From the NCBI GenBank assembly GCA_013239625.1, contig MU054098.1, positions 1,085,568 through 1,149,567 of the forward strand: a DNA stretch of 64,000 nucleotides, in the 5' to 3' direction. The translations under genes and the position numbers were made by a program. Origin of the DNA: Lama guanicoe. Its lineage: Eukaryota. The notes beneath the pieces were generated by a model that searched no databases, was not told where the DNA came from, and saw nothing but the letters and a program-made list of their open reading frames with translations. Below are positions 1 to 12,589 of the stretch, piece by piece. The first letter of the stretch is position 1. Every line of letters starts with the position of its first letter.

Positions 1-734
1 TTGAGGATGATTACCCAAATGTGATCTGTAATACAAACTTCTGTTTATGGAATATGTAGTCTTTCTATTGACGAAAGAGTGCATATTTCAAGACCAAAGG
101 GAACCACATCATTTCCCTAATGGTTTCCTCAGGCCACTATATTTTCATATTCAAGGATTATGAGTTGAACAAACCTTGATATGTAGTATTAAAGTGCTTC
201 CCATTATTCACCTATTGATTCAAGGTTTGTTTAATAGAATTCATTTTCATTCCAAAGCACTTTGACCGTGAACTCCCAGGAACAACAATATTACATCTAA
301 AACTAGGAAAAGACTTAAATGTATAATTTGTCAAACTCCTATCTCAGAAAAATACTGATTTTTGAGTATTTGTCAATAAAATATTTTCAATATATATTAG
401 TAAGGTTTAAGTGCAAATCTCTTGGTGAATTTTGTTAAGGACTCAAATACAGTCTCCTGAAATTCATTAGTCTAATGCATACATTCTCATATGATTTGTT
501 CTTTTGTATGCTTCCTCACTCCTCAGCTAGATCATATACTTCTCTAAGTGTAAGAATCACTTTATCAGATCTTATATTCTTCCCTGCACCCAAGACAGGA
601 CATGTCAGAGTCAGTGCTCCACATATAGTTCTAGAATAAGATGATTTATTACTTATCTCCAAGACAGTGGCTATAGAGTTTATTTGAAGGGCACAGGCTT
701 CAGACACAGAAAATATTGGATAAGAAGATACAAA

Positions 735-910
735 TCCCCCAGCTGTGTGATCTTACAGAAATTACTTGACCAAGCTGTTTCTCACTTATAATACTGACAA
801 AAATATCAATGATTCTAAGTTACCTCACAAGCTCGTGAAATGAGATAACATTTGTGAAATACCTAGTATATTTCCTGCTTTATGCAATGGACATAAGCAA
901 CAAATGCTCA
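735..910 (+). mobile_element. MIR SINE fragment
   Basis: MIR core-like 'ctgtgtgatctt...aaattacttgacc...tttctcacttat...aatgagataacatttgtgaaatacctagta'. Confidence 0.6.
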
Positions 911-1019
911 CTCCCTTTTCTCTCTGTTCTTTAATTAGAGTCAAATAATTACAGAAATGATCTGGAAAGGCCCTAATGGAAAAAAAGAGGGGGGAAAAAT
1001 CATACTATAGAATCACACG

Positions 1020-1175
1020 GAACAAGTTACTTTACTTCAATTCTTACTTGTAAAATCAAGATAATAATATTATCCTCACAAAACTAATGGGAGGACTATG
1101 TGAGGATAATGTATACAAAGCAATTAGTACATTGCCTAGTTCAAAGTAGATGGTTAGCATGTGATACTTATTGAT
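1020..1175 (+). mobile_element. MIR SINE fragment
   Basis: 'caagttactttacttcaattcttacttgtaaaatcaagataataat...aatgtatacaaagcaattagtacattgcct' resembles the MIR 3' half. Confidence 0.55.
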
Positions 1176-1529
1176 GGAGTATTTTACTCGAAGGTCCTCA
1201 TTAGTTCATTAGTATGAACTCAGTTTTTAATATATTCGTCAGTTCTAAAATTATAATTGAGGCAATATTGCCTAACTGTATTTATGGTACATCCATGGCA
1301 GTATCTGTAGACCCTTGTACATCAAGTATTTATGGGTAGCTTCTAGATTTATTCTCAGTCTGTATTAGTATGTCCCCTGGACCCCTGTTCAATAGAGACA
1401 AAGGCCACCACTAAATATACTCCTGAGGGAGGAGGAGGAGCACAGTGCTGGGGCCACAACAGAGAGAAAAGGAAAACACTGGGGACGTGAAAATGAAGAC
1501 TCTATCTTTCTAAACATTCACCAAAGCAG

Positions 1530-1920
1530 GGAAAATCATGTCGTCAACTCCAACGTCCACATACCCAGTTTCAACGATCATCAAAATGTTGCCAATTTTG
1601 TTTTCTCTATCAGGTCCTAACTCATGTGTGAGTGTTGGAATATTTTAAAGATAATACCAGGCATCATGTCATTTCACCCACAAATACTTCAGTATGCATG
1701 AAATAGACTTTTTACTAAGATAAATACTATGCCACTATTATACCCCCCAAATGATGCTAATTCTACACTATCAATTAATACTCAGTCCATATTTAAATTG
1801 ATCTGATTTTCTCAAAAAGTTTTTACAGTTGATTTTGTTCTAATCAAGATTCCAACATAGTCTATACATTAATTAATTGTGATTTCTCTTACATCTCTTT
1901 TATTCTAAGGGAGTCATTTC
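1530..1920 (-). mobile_element. Ancient L1M (L1ME/L1MC-like) 3' UTR fragment
   Basis: 'catcatgtcatttcacccacaaatacttcagtatgcat' and 'tactcagtccatatttaaatt' are typical of antisense old L1M 3' ends. Confidence 0.55.
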
Positions 1921-2899
1921 CTTTTCTTTGGCTATCTGAGTTATGAGTAAATTTGTGACCCTAACTCAGAGATGTTGCCTGGAACTGGAAAGCAAGAAAT
2001 CAAGTTAGAATGACTCATTGTAAATGGTCAGATATGGTGACCCATTATATGTTATTCAGTGAACACTAACAAACACTAAATAATAAGTTGACTGTACCTA
2101 CTGAATGTGAATGTTACCCTTTAAAAACAAAACAAAAGAACCAAAAAAATAACTAAAAGCCATCTTATTTTTCTCGCTTAACCTCACTCCTATGTAGCAT
2201 GGTTGCTTTACTGTCCTACTCTACTTTTCAGGAGGTAAATGATACTCTCTCGAGTCATACAGGGTATATCACGGGAATCGTTAATGTGCTAGTGATGAAA
2301 AAAAATTCAGTTTATTTCTCTCCTCCAGGATTATCCTCTGGAGAAACCCTGCTCCAAGCTTTTATTCTGCAGCACAGTCTGGAGCTTGTTCTTCCATGAA
2401 AATTTTAGCTTCAAGGAGAATTTAGCTGATAAACTCTAAAATGATCTGTACTTTTCACTCTTGAACACATTAGAACATTTTCCTTAACCATTCTCATTGC
2501 TCTTTAGTTTCTACGGGCTTGGCAATGTCCTGAGTGCTATTATTAATCTGAATCATGCATTTTGCTGCAAAATGACGTAAGAGTTATTGTATTCACAGCT
2601 CCTCATAGGAGCAGATTCTTAGAGGTGAGCAAAGTTCATTCCTAGAAGTTATTTTTGGACCACTAGAATTTCACTTAGTACAGAAATTGACTCTAGAATT
2701 TACACTTTTAAAAATCCACACTAGTGTCTATAGTCCCTTAGTTTATATCATTTATCCAGTGCATTTTATTCTTTATCAAATATATCTTCTAGGTTTACTT
2801 TCCCTCTGGCATTCAAAGTTCTCACAAATCTCACCTAAAGGTAGAATTTCTCTGAAGCTAATAGAATGTAACCTCTGGGTCCTTCACTTGCATGGGTTC

Positions 2900-3732
2900 A
2901 TTTCAAGGCCCTGGCAGGGCCTTAGCAATGCACTCATATAGCCAGGCATTTCTGAAGAATTTGTAGAAGTATCATACTTTATATTCTGTTAAGACCAGTG
3001 TCTCTTTCCACTTTGATTTTGCCTCATGTCAGATGGCACTGGAGGGATCACGGTCATAGGCCTTTCTACAGTCTGACTAAATAGAAGTTGACAAGCTATC
3101 TGATACTGATGAGGATAACATAAAACTCACAATTTGCCATTATAATGAGGACATTGATGACAATTTTGTTAATGAGTGCCATCTATTCAAAGAGTGTGTA
3201 AGATTAGCCGTTGCCCAAGAAAATTTGATTTGTCAAGCCACGTTTCAGCTTACATATGAAAGAATTTGAACAGTAGTTTTATCAAATATGACAACCCTGA
3301 ACAAATTATATGACATTATTAATAATGAGTTGTGAAGCTAAAAGAACCTGTTTTAAACCAGCAATGACAAAAACAAAATTCTATTTATCACACTACAGGT
3401 AAAAAGCAATCATCTCTCTATTCTTTCCATAGATATTTATATTACAAAACCATTGTCATATGAAGAGGTAATTAACAGGTATCAGGGAAAATTTGCATAA
3501 AGAAAAGTAGTGTAGAGGTGTTCAAGCCATGATTTAATAAAAAATTTTATTTTCCCAGATTTTAAAGATGTTTGTCAGCTTTCTAAGATTTGAAGTTTGT
3601 TGAAGTTTATTTTCCCTTTCTAAATATTTTTGTTCATACGTAATATTGCATTCAAAATTTTACAGTATTTCTCTTAAAGAGGGCTCCGAAATATATAAGC
3701 TTTAGAACCCATCAAGCCTAGATATGCCCCTG
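2900..3732 (+). mobile_element. hAT DNA transposon relic (hAT-Tip100, Zaphod/MER115-like)
   Basis: ~3270-3480 translates with frameshifts to a hAT C-terminal dimerisation-domain-like stretch (YMTLLIMSCEAKR...LSILSI...KPLSYEEVI). The right end 'gagggctccgaaatatataagctttagaacccatcaagcctagatatgcccctg' resembles the Zaphod/MER115 terminus. Left boundary uncertain. Confidence 0.7.
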
Positions 3733-3829
3733 ATCTGAGCACCCATTACCCACTGAAAAGTATGTCTCATTACTTCCCAATATGAACACTCTGTATTAGT
3801 TGAGCCAGCTTCCATTCATGCTCATAAAT

Positions 3830-4135
3830 AAGGCAGTTTCCTTACCATCCCTCAAACATACCATATTGATGCTTGCTTCTACCTCCATTCAGGTTAGCTT
3901 GTCAGGCATCCTCAAGTTGCCCGACTATGTCAATATTCTTCTTCATGCCTAAAGATGTACCTCAGGAGCCATCACCTATGGGAGGTTTTTCTTGATTTGA
4001 TCATCCCTCCTCAGATGCAGTTAGTCACTCCTTTCTCTGAATCAGCTTTCACGCTGTATTAACTTACACAGAGGTTAAGTACTATAAGTCAATTCCCTCA
4101 CTAGATTGTGATTGTTCTCAGAGCAGGAAGAAGCT
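3830..4135 (+). mobile_element. L2 LINE 3' fragment
   Basis: 'ccctcaaacatacc', 'catcacctatgggaggttttt', 'ccctcactagattgtgattgttctcagagcagg' resemble the L2 3' region. Confidence 0.5.
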
Positions 4136-4637
4136 CTTTTAGGTGAGTTTCTGACAGAATGCTATGTTATTTTCCTCACTGTGGGCTTTCAAGTGATGCT
4201 GGTTGAATCAGTAGTAGGTAGGTGTGTAGCGGAATCCTATTTTTGAACACAGCAGAATTCCATCTCTATGAAGCTATGTTTTCATGTCTACTCAAGCCAA
4301 AACAGATTTCTCTCATTTTAAAAATGTCCTTTTGCATTATGATCTACATCAGGATCACTTATCATGTAACAATATCAATTATTACATGTTGTCTTCCCAT
4401 GTGAATTGAGAGTAGAAACTGACAGAAACTTCTTTTGGAGCTCTCTTAGAGCCTTGCTATTCAACTAAATTGCTGAAGTGCATTTTAAAGCCTATTTTAT
4501 TTATGTCTCCACTACAAAATATTCTTTTACTTATTCTCCTTTATGATAGACTGTAACATTCACAATCGTTGCCATAGCTTTCCACTATCTGTACGCTCAT
4601 TTACTGGGTATTTTCTCTGAACACACTCACTTAAAGT

Positions 4638-4692
4638 ATATATATTAATTATATATAATTAGTTTATATTATTATATATAAATATATATATA
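4638..4692. repeat. (AT)-rich simple repeat
   Basis: Directly visible tatata/atatat runs. Confidence 0.8.
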
Positions 4693-4882
4693 ATCAAAAA
4701 GGAAACAGCTTAAGTAGAAAGTCAGGATTGATAGCCACAAAGAGCAGTTACAATTTCTAGATTCTGTCAAATGCTCTGACTCCAAACCTACTTCCTGGTT
4801 ACTAAACAGAAAGATTATTAAAAGTTAGAAAGATGTTGAAGACTTATAGCACCAAACTGAGACTTTCACCTTAACACAATAC

Positions 4883-5085
4883 ATTCATTCATGTAACTGA
4901 TATTTATTGTCTTTCTCCAGCATGGCTGGATACTCAAGATACCTGGTTTCATTGAGATCCTACTGGGAGAAGATGGGGGGGAAGAGCAATCAATGCAAAT
5001 AAGTACACAAGTTAACGTGAGCTAGAATACATTCACTGAAGAAAATAAAATGGAGTAATATAAAAGAGACTGGGATGAGAGTCAT
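4883..5085 (-). mobile_element. L2 LINE 3' end
   Basis: 'attcattcatgtaactgatatttattg...cagcatggctggatactcaagatac' resembles an antisense L2 tail. Confidence 0.5.
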
Positions 5086-5254
5086 TTTTGATTGGGCAAT
5101 TGTAAAAATAAAAATTAAAAAAAGATAGCTTTCTCATTGAATTGTTATTTGTAAAGACTATGTGTATGATTTGAAATAATCCATGTATACCACCAAGGTA
5201 TATGTCTTTCATTTTGGCAAATACTAGACCATATTTCATTTTGAAGTTGATAGA

Positions 5255-5445
5255 TTTGGATAAAAGTCTCAATTCTATCACTTACCAGCTGTGAAATCTT
5301 GGCCAAGTTATCTAATCTCTGTAAGCCTCAATTTCCTTATTAGAAAAATGAGGACAATCAAAATACAATAAACTTAAAATAAAAATTATAGGATTGCTAT
5401 AAGGAAAGGAAGTAATATACTTAGTAGAATGCCTGGTACATCATA
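5255..5445 (+). mobile_element. MIR SINE
   Basis: 'cacttaccagctgtgaaatcttggccaagttatctaatctctgtaagcctcaatttcctt' matches the MIR core. Confidence 0.75.
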
Positions 5446-6594
5446 AGCAGACTTTTGCAAAAGTCCTATGGCAATTTCACCATTTGGCAATTGTCAGGCC
5501 CTTTCGATAAATAAAAAGAGCTTTGGCAGTTCGAAATTGGCAGAAGCTGTATATTTCCTACTTTCCCCTGAAACCTCACTATCAGGTGATATGCTTCACT
5601 GAAAACAGGTTTTCGACCAAATTCTGTCATTTGTACAAATATTTATAAGCACAAAACATCCATAACTGCGTGTAGCTCAGGTTAATTCCCACTGTGCACT
5701 GAAACACACAGACTGACACCTTGCAGTAAAGATTTACTCTGCGCAGATGTTATGATATTTCTATAGGAAGAACAGCCAATGTGGTAGGTAGTCTCTCATC
5801 AGGTGGCAGAGTCTTCTGTGAAGTGAAGGGACACTATATCAGCGGGTTTCTAGATACTGAGTTCTGCACAGAGGATTACAGGTTTGCTGGGCTTCCCAGA
5901 TTCTTATATCTGGTTATAAGGGTAGCGAGACCTGTGTTATCTTTCCAACTAGCCTTCTCTCTTGAACACCACTAATGAAACATATTTCTAACATCTCTTA
6001 TTCTAACTGCAAACTCTCTGGTGTAAATTTGATTAAAATACTAAATAACTATTTTTGTTTTGTTGATTCCAACTTAAGGTACTTCAAGGGCTAATTTACT
6101 GGTCCTACAGTGAAGTTGTCATAATTTACCCACATATTTATATCACTGTATATACTAAAGTATTTTAAAGTAAAATACTCTACCATATAACAGCTTAATA
6201 ATATTAGCTGTTATTTTCAATATACTAAAAATATAGGTAGAACCCTTGTGTGACAGTAGGATTAGTTTAAAGAAGAATCCAATTATCCTACTATTGGATA
6301 ATTATCTATTTTTCCCATCCCTAATGACTCCGTGAAAGTAAACAAGGCTTTTAGGAAGAATTGATTAGCTCTTTTTGGTCAGCAGTTAACCTGAACATTA
6401 ACCTTCATAAACTTGCAAACCATGTTGGAGAAACAGTAGGTGTTTAATAGAGCTTTACTTTTGTATAGATGAGAACAGTCCAACAGTACTGATTATTGAT
6501 TTCATTATCATGACTAACAGTGTTTTAAATGGAAAGAGAACATGAAAATTAATATTTCTCTTTGACTATTTCTAGTTTTACTTGTTTGTAGTAG

Positions 6595-6835
6595 AAATGG
6601 CATGGTGAACAACAGAAATATAAAAAACACTCAACCCAGCTTTGCCACTGACTAGCTGTGTGATTATACACAATTCATAGTTTCTGTGCTTCAATTTCCT
6701 CATCTAAAAAGTATGGATCGTACCCACTGTTCCTAACTGGCAGGGGTGTTTTGAAAAGAAAATGAAATTATACATGAGGATAGGTGCTAAAAATTTTTAA
6801 AGTACTATACTAATATAGACTGCTATTATTAGTAG
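6595..6835 (+). mobile_element. MIR SINE
   Basis: 'cccagctttgccactgactagctgtgtgatt...tctgtgcttcaatttcctcatctaaaaa' matches the MIR core. Confidence 0.7.
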
Positions 6836-8827
6836 TAGTTCTCTTTTGGTTTGGTTCCTAATCAGACAGCATAATAACGCCAGAGCCACTGATAACAGCA
6901 TTAGTGACAATAGTCCAATTAGACATCAATGGATGGCAGAAGGTAGACTTCAGAAATAAAGCAGCATATAGAAGTCATTCATTTTTCATAAATGCCAAAG
7001 TGAAAGAAATTAATTTTTCTTCAGCTGAGAAGCTAATGCTATTATTTATAGAACTGTAATAAGCTATTCACTAGTTTTCCATCTCCAATATTTTATATTT
7101 ATATTCAAAACACTAGAAGATATGGTTTCTTGATATTTTTTAGTTCTATTTGAGTACACTGTAAGGATCGATCTTGGAGGATAGGTAGCTGCCTACAAGC
7201 TATGCTTTCAAAAACACAGAAGGTTCTTCTTCCTCCATTCTTATTTCTACATTCCTGAAAAGGCCAAGACCATTTGCATCAACTTGTATAAGTTTTCTTA
7301 AGAAAATTTTGACTGGATTAGCTGTTTCCTGACACTGGAGGATACATTACTAGCCAAACTGTAGGGATTTGTTTAATTGGTAATTTAACGTCATAGTCCA
7401 GGAAGCAAGTGTCCTGAGATATTGATGATAATGGAATTGATGAAACAATGTAGAGAAAGCTCTAAAATAACGTTCTGTCTTGGTCTAATAAAATGTAAGG
7501 GGAACAGAGGAAGAGAGAAGGGACAGCAGGGGACTGCTTGAGAACACCAACACATGGGATGAAGAGTTGAGGTGAACAGATGACCAACTTGACATACTTC
7601 ACCATTTTGCTTGAGATCAATTTTGAAAACAGAATTCAGCAATCAATTGACTTGAATAAAACTCAATTTGCCTCCATTCCCTAAGTGAGGAGCTGCCTTC
7701 AGAGTCCCCAGGCATCTAAAGATAGGGAGGCCATCTGAGGATAAAAGAGTTCTAAAGACAAACTTTACCTCCTTTACAATTCAGCCTCTAGTCAGCCTTG
7801 GATAGAAAATGTTATTTAATTAAACTTTATCATGTAATGCTTTGTGTGAAGTTAGATATTTTTTCAATTTAACAGCCAGTTACTAATGGCTGTGATAAAA
7901 ATCTGTAAGATATATAGGTTAAAAAAACAGAGGGCCCTTAATGTCTAGGAACTCATGTCTTATAACCCTCTCTTATTATTGCTCATCTGTAGGCACTTAT
8001 ATCTTCATCCTGCAGGATCTGTAATCAAACCTAACCAAGGCAAACTGTACACAGGAGCCATATCTCTATCACTGAGTGAGATTTTGAATTTATCCTGTTG
8101 TTCTAAGTCATATATCCAATATACCTCAACTTCTCTTTTAAACCATGTGTGTCCAAATTCATGCTACTGAACAAGTCTTGATTTCTGATTATGTATTTGT
8201 TCTTTGGGATGGAAGCCCTGTCTGGATCCTAAATACTAAATACTACAGCATGTCTGGGGCCTTGAAAAACTTTCCACATGTTGCCAATTACCTTTCTCTG
8301 TATTTCCTCCATCTGCCAGGAACCTTGATCAAAAGTGAACATGACCACCTACAAACAGGTTACAATATACCTGAAACTGTCAATCACCACTTTCAGAAGC
8401 CTCATGTTTCTGTGACCTTACACATCAGATCAGATTCCCCCGGACTCCACTGCCAGCCAAGTTCAAGCACAACTTAACCACATGTGATTGAATATTCTAA
8501 TTTAAACTACTGATCATCCCTCTCAGGAATTGGTCTTACGGTTATGTCAGCAAACCGTTCTCATTTCACTTGTTTACTTTTCCTTCCACCACTAGCTTTG
8601 AAGCTGAGCGTACTTGAGTTATTGCAGTCACCTTATCAGTCATTTTCCTATTCATAATCACAGCATGTACACAAATTTTCTACTATGCCCTATCTGCTCT
8701 TACAATCCAAAAGTGTACATTATTTTTATTTTGTTCACATCTTCAAAACAGAAGATTAATCTGTAACTACCTGTTGTCTTCAGGAAATATCTACAATTAA
8801 TGTACTGATATCTTAAAGAAAGTGACA

Positions 8828-8885
8828 AGGAAGGAAGGGAGGGAAGGAGGAGAAAAGAGAGAGAGGAAGGAGGAAGGAAGGAAGG
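8828..8885. repeat. (GGAA)n/GA-rich simple repeat
   Basis: Directly visible purine tract. Confidence 0.85.
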
Positions 8886-9899
8886 TTGGTTGGAATTAAG
8901 CACAGTGAAAAACTCAGTGTTTTGGCTTGTTGGCTTAGATCTCTAAGTATATTTCAAGTGGAACATTAAAAATCTACAATTTGTGACACTAATGTGAAAA
9001 TTTCTCCCTTAATACAAACTGTCTTTAGTATTTTTCAGCTGAAACTAAAATAAAAAACACACTGCTCTCTAACTATTCAAGAAATACACTCATTATGCTA
9101 CATAAGATACCATTAATGAAGAAATAAATTTTTTTAACATTAAAATTTTATATTTGTGATTTACATTAATTTCACAGGATAGTACATGGAATTGTTTGCT
9201 CCTATGATTAAAGAACTTATCTTGAAAGCACTGCCCTAGATGGCAGAGGAGAAAATGCTAGCACAAGTCGGAACAACAAAACGTGAAGGTGTAAATTGCA
9301 TTCAACAGTCAAGTCTAGAAAAAGGCATTAGAAAACAAATTTCATATTACTCTTTAGGATTTGAACTGAAGTGTAATTATAAGATAATGAAAGTTATTTT
9401 CTTGTGTGATACATCCACTGGCTCTAACGGCAGCGCCCCCAATTGAAATCCACCCCGATTTGCAGCAATGTCAATAATGTTAGAGTATGTATATGGCCTC
9501 ACCAGGTGACTGTGTGAAATGAACAATATATTTGTTTTGGTTATGAGTTCCAATTATATTGGTGTAGTAAATATCACCCCATAAATCATTAAATGGTGTA
9601 AACAGAGATAGAAAAAGTACATATGATAAGAATACAAGCTTCTATTCTCATATAAAGTTGTGAAAATATCAGTTTCAAAGTCATGTAAAAAACCAGTAAC
9701 ATTCAAAGATTGGAATGACAATTCTAAGATGGTAATCAAGAAAACTTCACTTTGTTTATGGAGAAAAGACTAATTATGACCATAAAATAACCAAAGTAGA
9801 AAGTAGTGTACATTTCAAGAAAGAAAATTGTATAAATTCAGGTTCATAATACACTCCTTCCCAAAAGGGGACTTAAAAAGGGTAAAAAAGATTAAAGTA

Positions 9900-10550
9900 T
9901 CATTGAAATTAAGACAGTATCTCAATCGCATAACACAACTCTGAGGAATATCACCCAGATATAAACATTCTGAATGAAATGAAAAGAATATGTTAAAAAT
10001 CAACTACAGAGAGGCCAATGTAATTTTTTGGCATATAAACAGAAGAAAGTATGAAAAAAACACACTCGATTTCTCAAATTGAATAGAAAACAGAGAGAGT
10101 ATTATGCTGGCCACGAAACAAACTGAGGAAATATGACAGTATCACCTAATTTTAAAATGCAATTAAAGTAGAAAATTGCTGGGATTTTACTGGTAAAAGC
10201 TAAGCTACTGGAATGGAAGACAGGAGTGAGTACATCACAGATAATGCAATAAAGGACAAAGAATAAAACCCATTAAGAAAAAAATGGGTACTCATAAAAT
10301 GGGGGCTCAAAATCTAGATACTTGATATGCCTGATGAAAAGAAAAAAAATTAGCAGCAATAACAAAACATTCACAAGTATACAAGAAGAAAATCTATCAG
10401 AAATGACAGAAGTCCTGAGTCTGCAAAGCAAAATGTTTCACAGTTACAAGCAAAGTTTATAGTGGCAACAAAATAAATAGAGATATTTCTCATTATTCAA
10501 CTTTGGAGATGGGGAAGGAATATTACAGATACTCAGATAGAAGGTCACTC
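9900..10550 (+). mobile_element. Highly degraded L1 ORF1 / HAL1-like fragment
   Basis: A-rich plus strand with ORF1-like motifs ('gaagaaaatctatcagaaatgacagaagtcctgagtctgcaaa'). Confidence 0.35.
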
Positions 10551-10554
10551 TGGA

Positions 10555-12440
10555 GCATTAAGATATTTTTGGCTGCAAGGACAAGAGTAAGTGGATTAAA
10601 ATGGTTTAAAAATAGGTTTTGCAATTCTTGTTGATTTGTTTCTCACTTGTTTTTGTTTTTATTTTCCTTACAAGAAATCTGAAAGAAGCTCTTCCACAGT
10701 TGGTACAGTGGCTCAGTGAGATCCACAAGGACCTGGGCCCTTTGTATCCTTTCACATGACACAGGCAGGAAGACTTCTGTCCTCAGTTTTTTTCTCACAT
10801 GGCTATTGCATCATCCCTCATCATGTCCTCACACAGCCACACCCAAAAGCAAGAATAGAGGGTAGATACTTTCTCCTTATTTGTCTTACTTATTTACTTG
10901 ACTAGAGATGATATATTAGAAGTATGAAGGATGGAGGTGCAATAATATTTAGTATTTTCATTAAGCTTTGTTTTACTTAAGTTTAATGTTAATTCCATGT
11001 TGTGTTTTAGTAAAAACAATACAGATTCTGTGTCTGTGGCTCCAGTCAGACATCCAGCACATACTGAACAAAGGAAGCTGAGGGACTGAATGGCGGGGGG
11101 CACTTCCCCAGGGGAGAGGGAAGGAGAAGAAACAAAGAATTGAACACGCATGCTGACTTTTCCGTACCACCCTCAACGCTAACCTGCTTCAGAGGGAGAG
11201 TGCAAGTAGGCAAGAAGAGCAGCCATAGATTGTTGGACAGTTACCAGCATCATGCTTTTCAGCAACATTTCAGCAGAGTTTGAAGCACTGTTTTACAATA
11301 AAACCATTACAACGAACTCCCCAATGAACTCCCCTTTAACCACCTCAAGCTAACACCCAATTAATTTTAAACACTGGTATAAAATCTGATTTAAACAATT
11401 AGACAAAGGAAAAATGATACCACTTATGCCTCTACAGTGTAATTAACTTCTCTCTCAGACGCTTGCATCGCCTAGAAGTCTAATGGCTTTTGAATGTAAT
11501 TTCCATTTCTAATGGCGATCTTGCCACATCTGGCAGGAGATGATACAGTAATGCTGAAAAAGCCTCTATGCAGTCCTCTTAATATCTTAAAGCCATGGTC
11601 AGGGGAATTAAGAATTTCACTGTAGAATACAAAAAATTGAGAGCAAGACCTAAGCAAACAAGATGCACTGGTAGAAGTTCTATAATTGCAGTATCATTGG
11701 CAGCTTTAAAGCTATTAGGCTGCTCTTTGCAGCCTCCTTCCTGTGGCAAATTCAGCCAGATAACTGTGTTAGTCCCCTTTTATTTTCTAATAGAAAACTT
11801 TGGACTCACCAGTGTTAACTGCTGGAATGAAGTGTTTATCCAGTACATCCAAACTGTCACAGCGGATTAGCTCAATCTCAACCATTGGCCAATATTTCTG
11901 AATCATTTTTAGTTTGTCTACTCCTCCTTTATTTTCTTCTTTCTGTTCAGTGCTGCTGATTATTCTCCAGGAGACTCTTTTTAGCTCCAATCACAGTTTT
12001 ACACGCAACAGATAGGTTTCTTTCTTCAGCTGTCAACTCCACATCCATCCCTGCTACTTTCTTTATTGCTTCTACCATTTCATCCTATCGCTCAGCCTCC
12101 TTGGCCAGCTTTGCCGTGTACACCAGAGTTTCCTGATAATGCACACTCTCCACTGGGGTCTGTGCAACAGATGGAAGTGGATAGGATCTCTCTCAGCCTC
12201 CTGCTCTACATCCAGGCAGCTCACTTATCTTTCTTGTTATGAGAAAAATCTTTCTTATAACACTCCAGCAATCTCTCCTTACATCTCTTCAGTTCAATAA
12301 GACCACAATACTACACTCTAGCTGTAAAGGAGGCTGAGGAAGTGATTTTCTAACATTTTCATGCTCTATTATCAAAGATAGGACCCTGACAGCAAGGAAG
12401 AAGTGAAAGGGGACTGGCTAATGGCTAGGCAACGCCAAGT
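10555..12440. mobile_element. Ancient LTR (LTR33/MLT1L-like) split by the YWHAE retrocopy; pieces ~10555-10900 and ~12221-12440
   Basis: Left piece starts 'ttagatatttttggctgcaagg'. Right piece has 'ctctagctgtaaaggaggctgaggaagtga'. Both motifs are typical of this LTR group and occur in consensus order. Confidence 0.55.
10901..12220 (-). pseudogene. YWHAE: Processed pseudogene of 14-3-3 epsilon
   Basis: Minus-strand translation matches 14-3-3 epsilon ([91 protein letters not shown]). No introns. Start codon decayed to GTG at 12144-12142, with a premature stop and frameshifts. A YWHAE-like 5' UTR runs to ~12220 and the distal 3' UTR covers ~10955-11593. The 3' boundary is uncertain by ~50 bp. 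Confidence 0.95.
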
Positions 12441-12589
12441 GCCTGATAGTTATCTAAGAAGGGAAAAAATGACTAGGCTATTCGTAGATTTTCAACAACA
12501 GCAAATACCAAATACAGAAATAGTATCAGAGGATTTTTTTACAAACTACATAGATATGTACATATGTATACATATACATGTAAATTCAC

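Noticed and set aside
11787..11990. Functional 14-3-3 gene
   Set aside because: Lost ATG, in-frame stops, frameshifts and a missing C-terminus show it is a pseudogene
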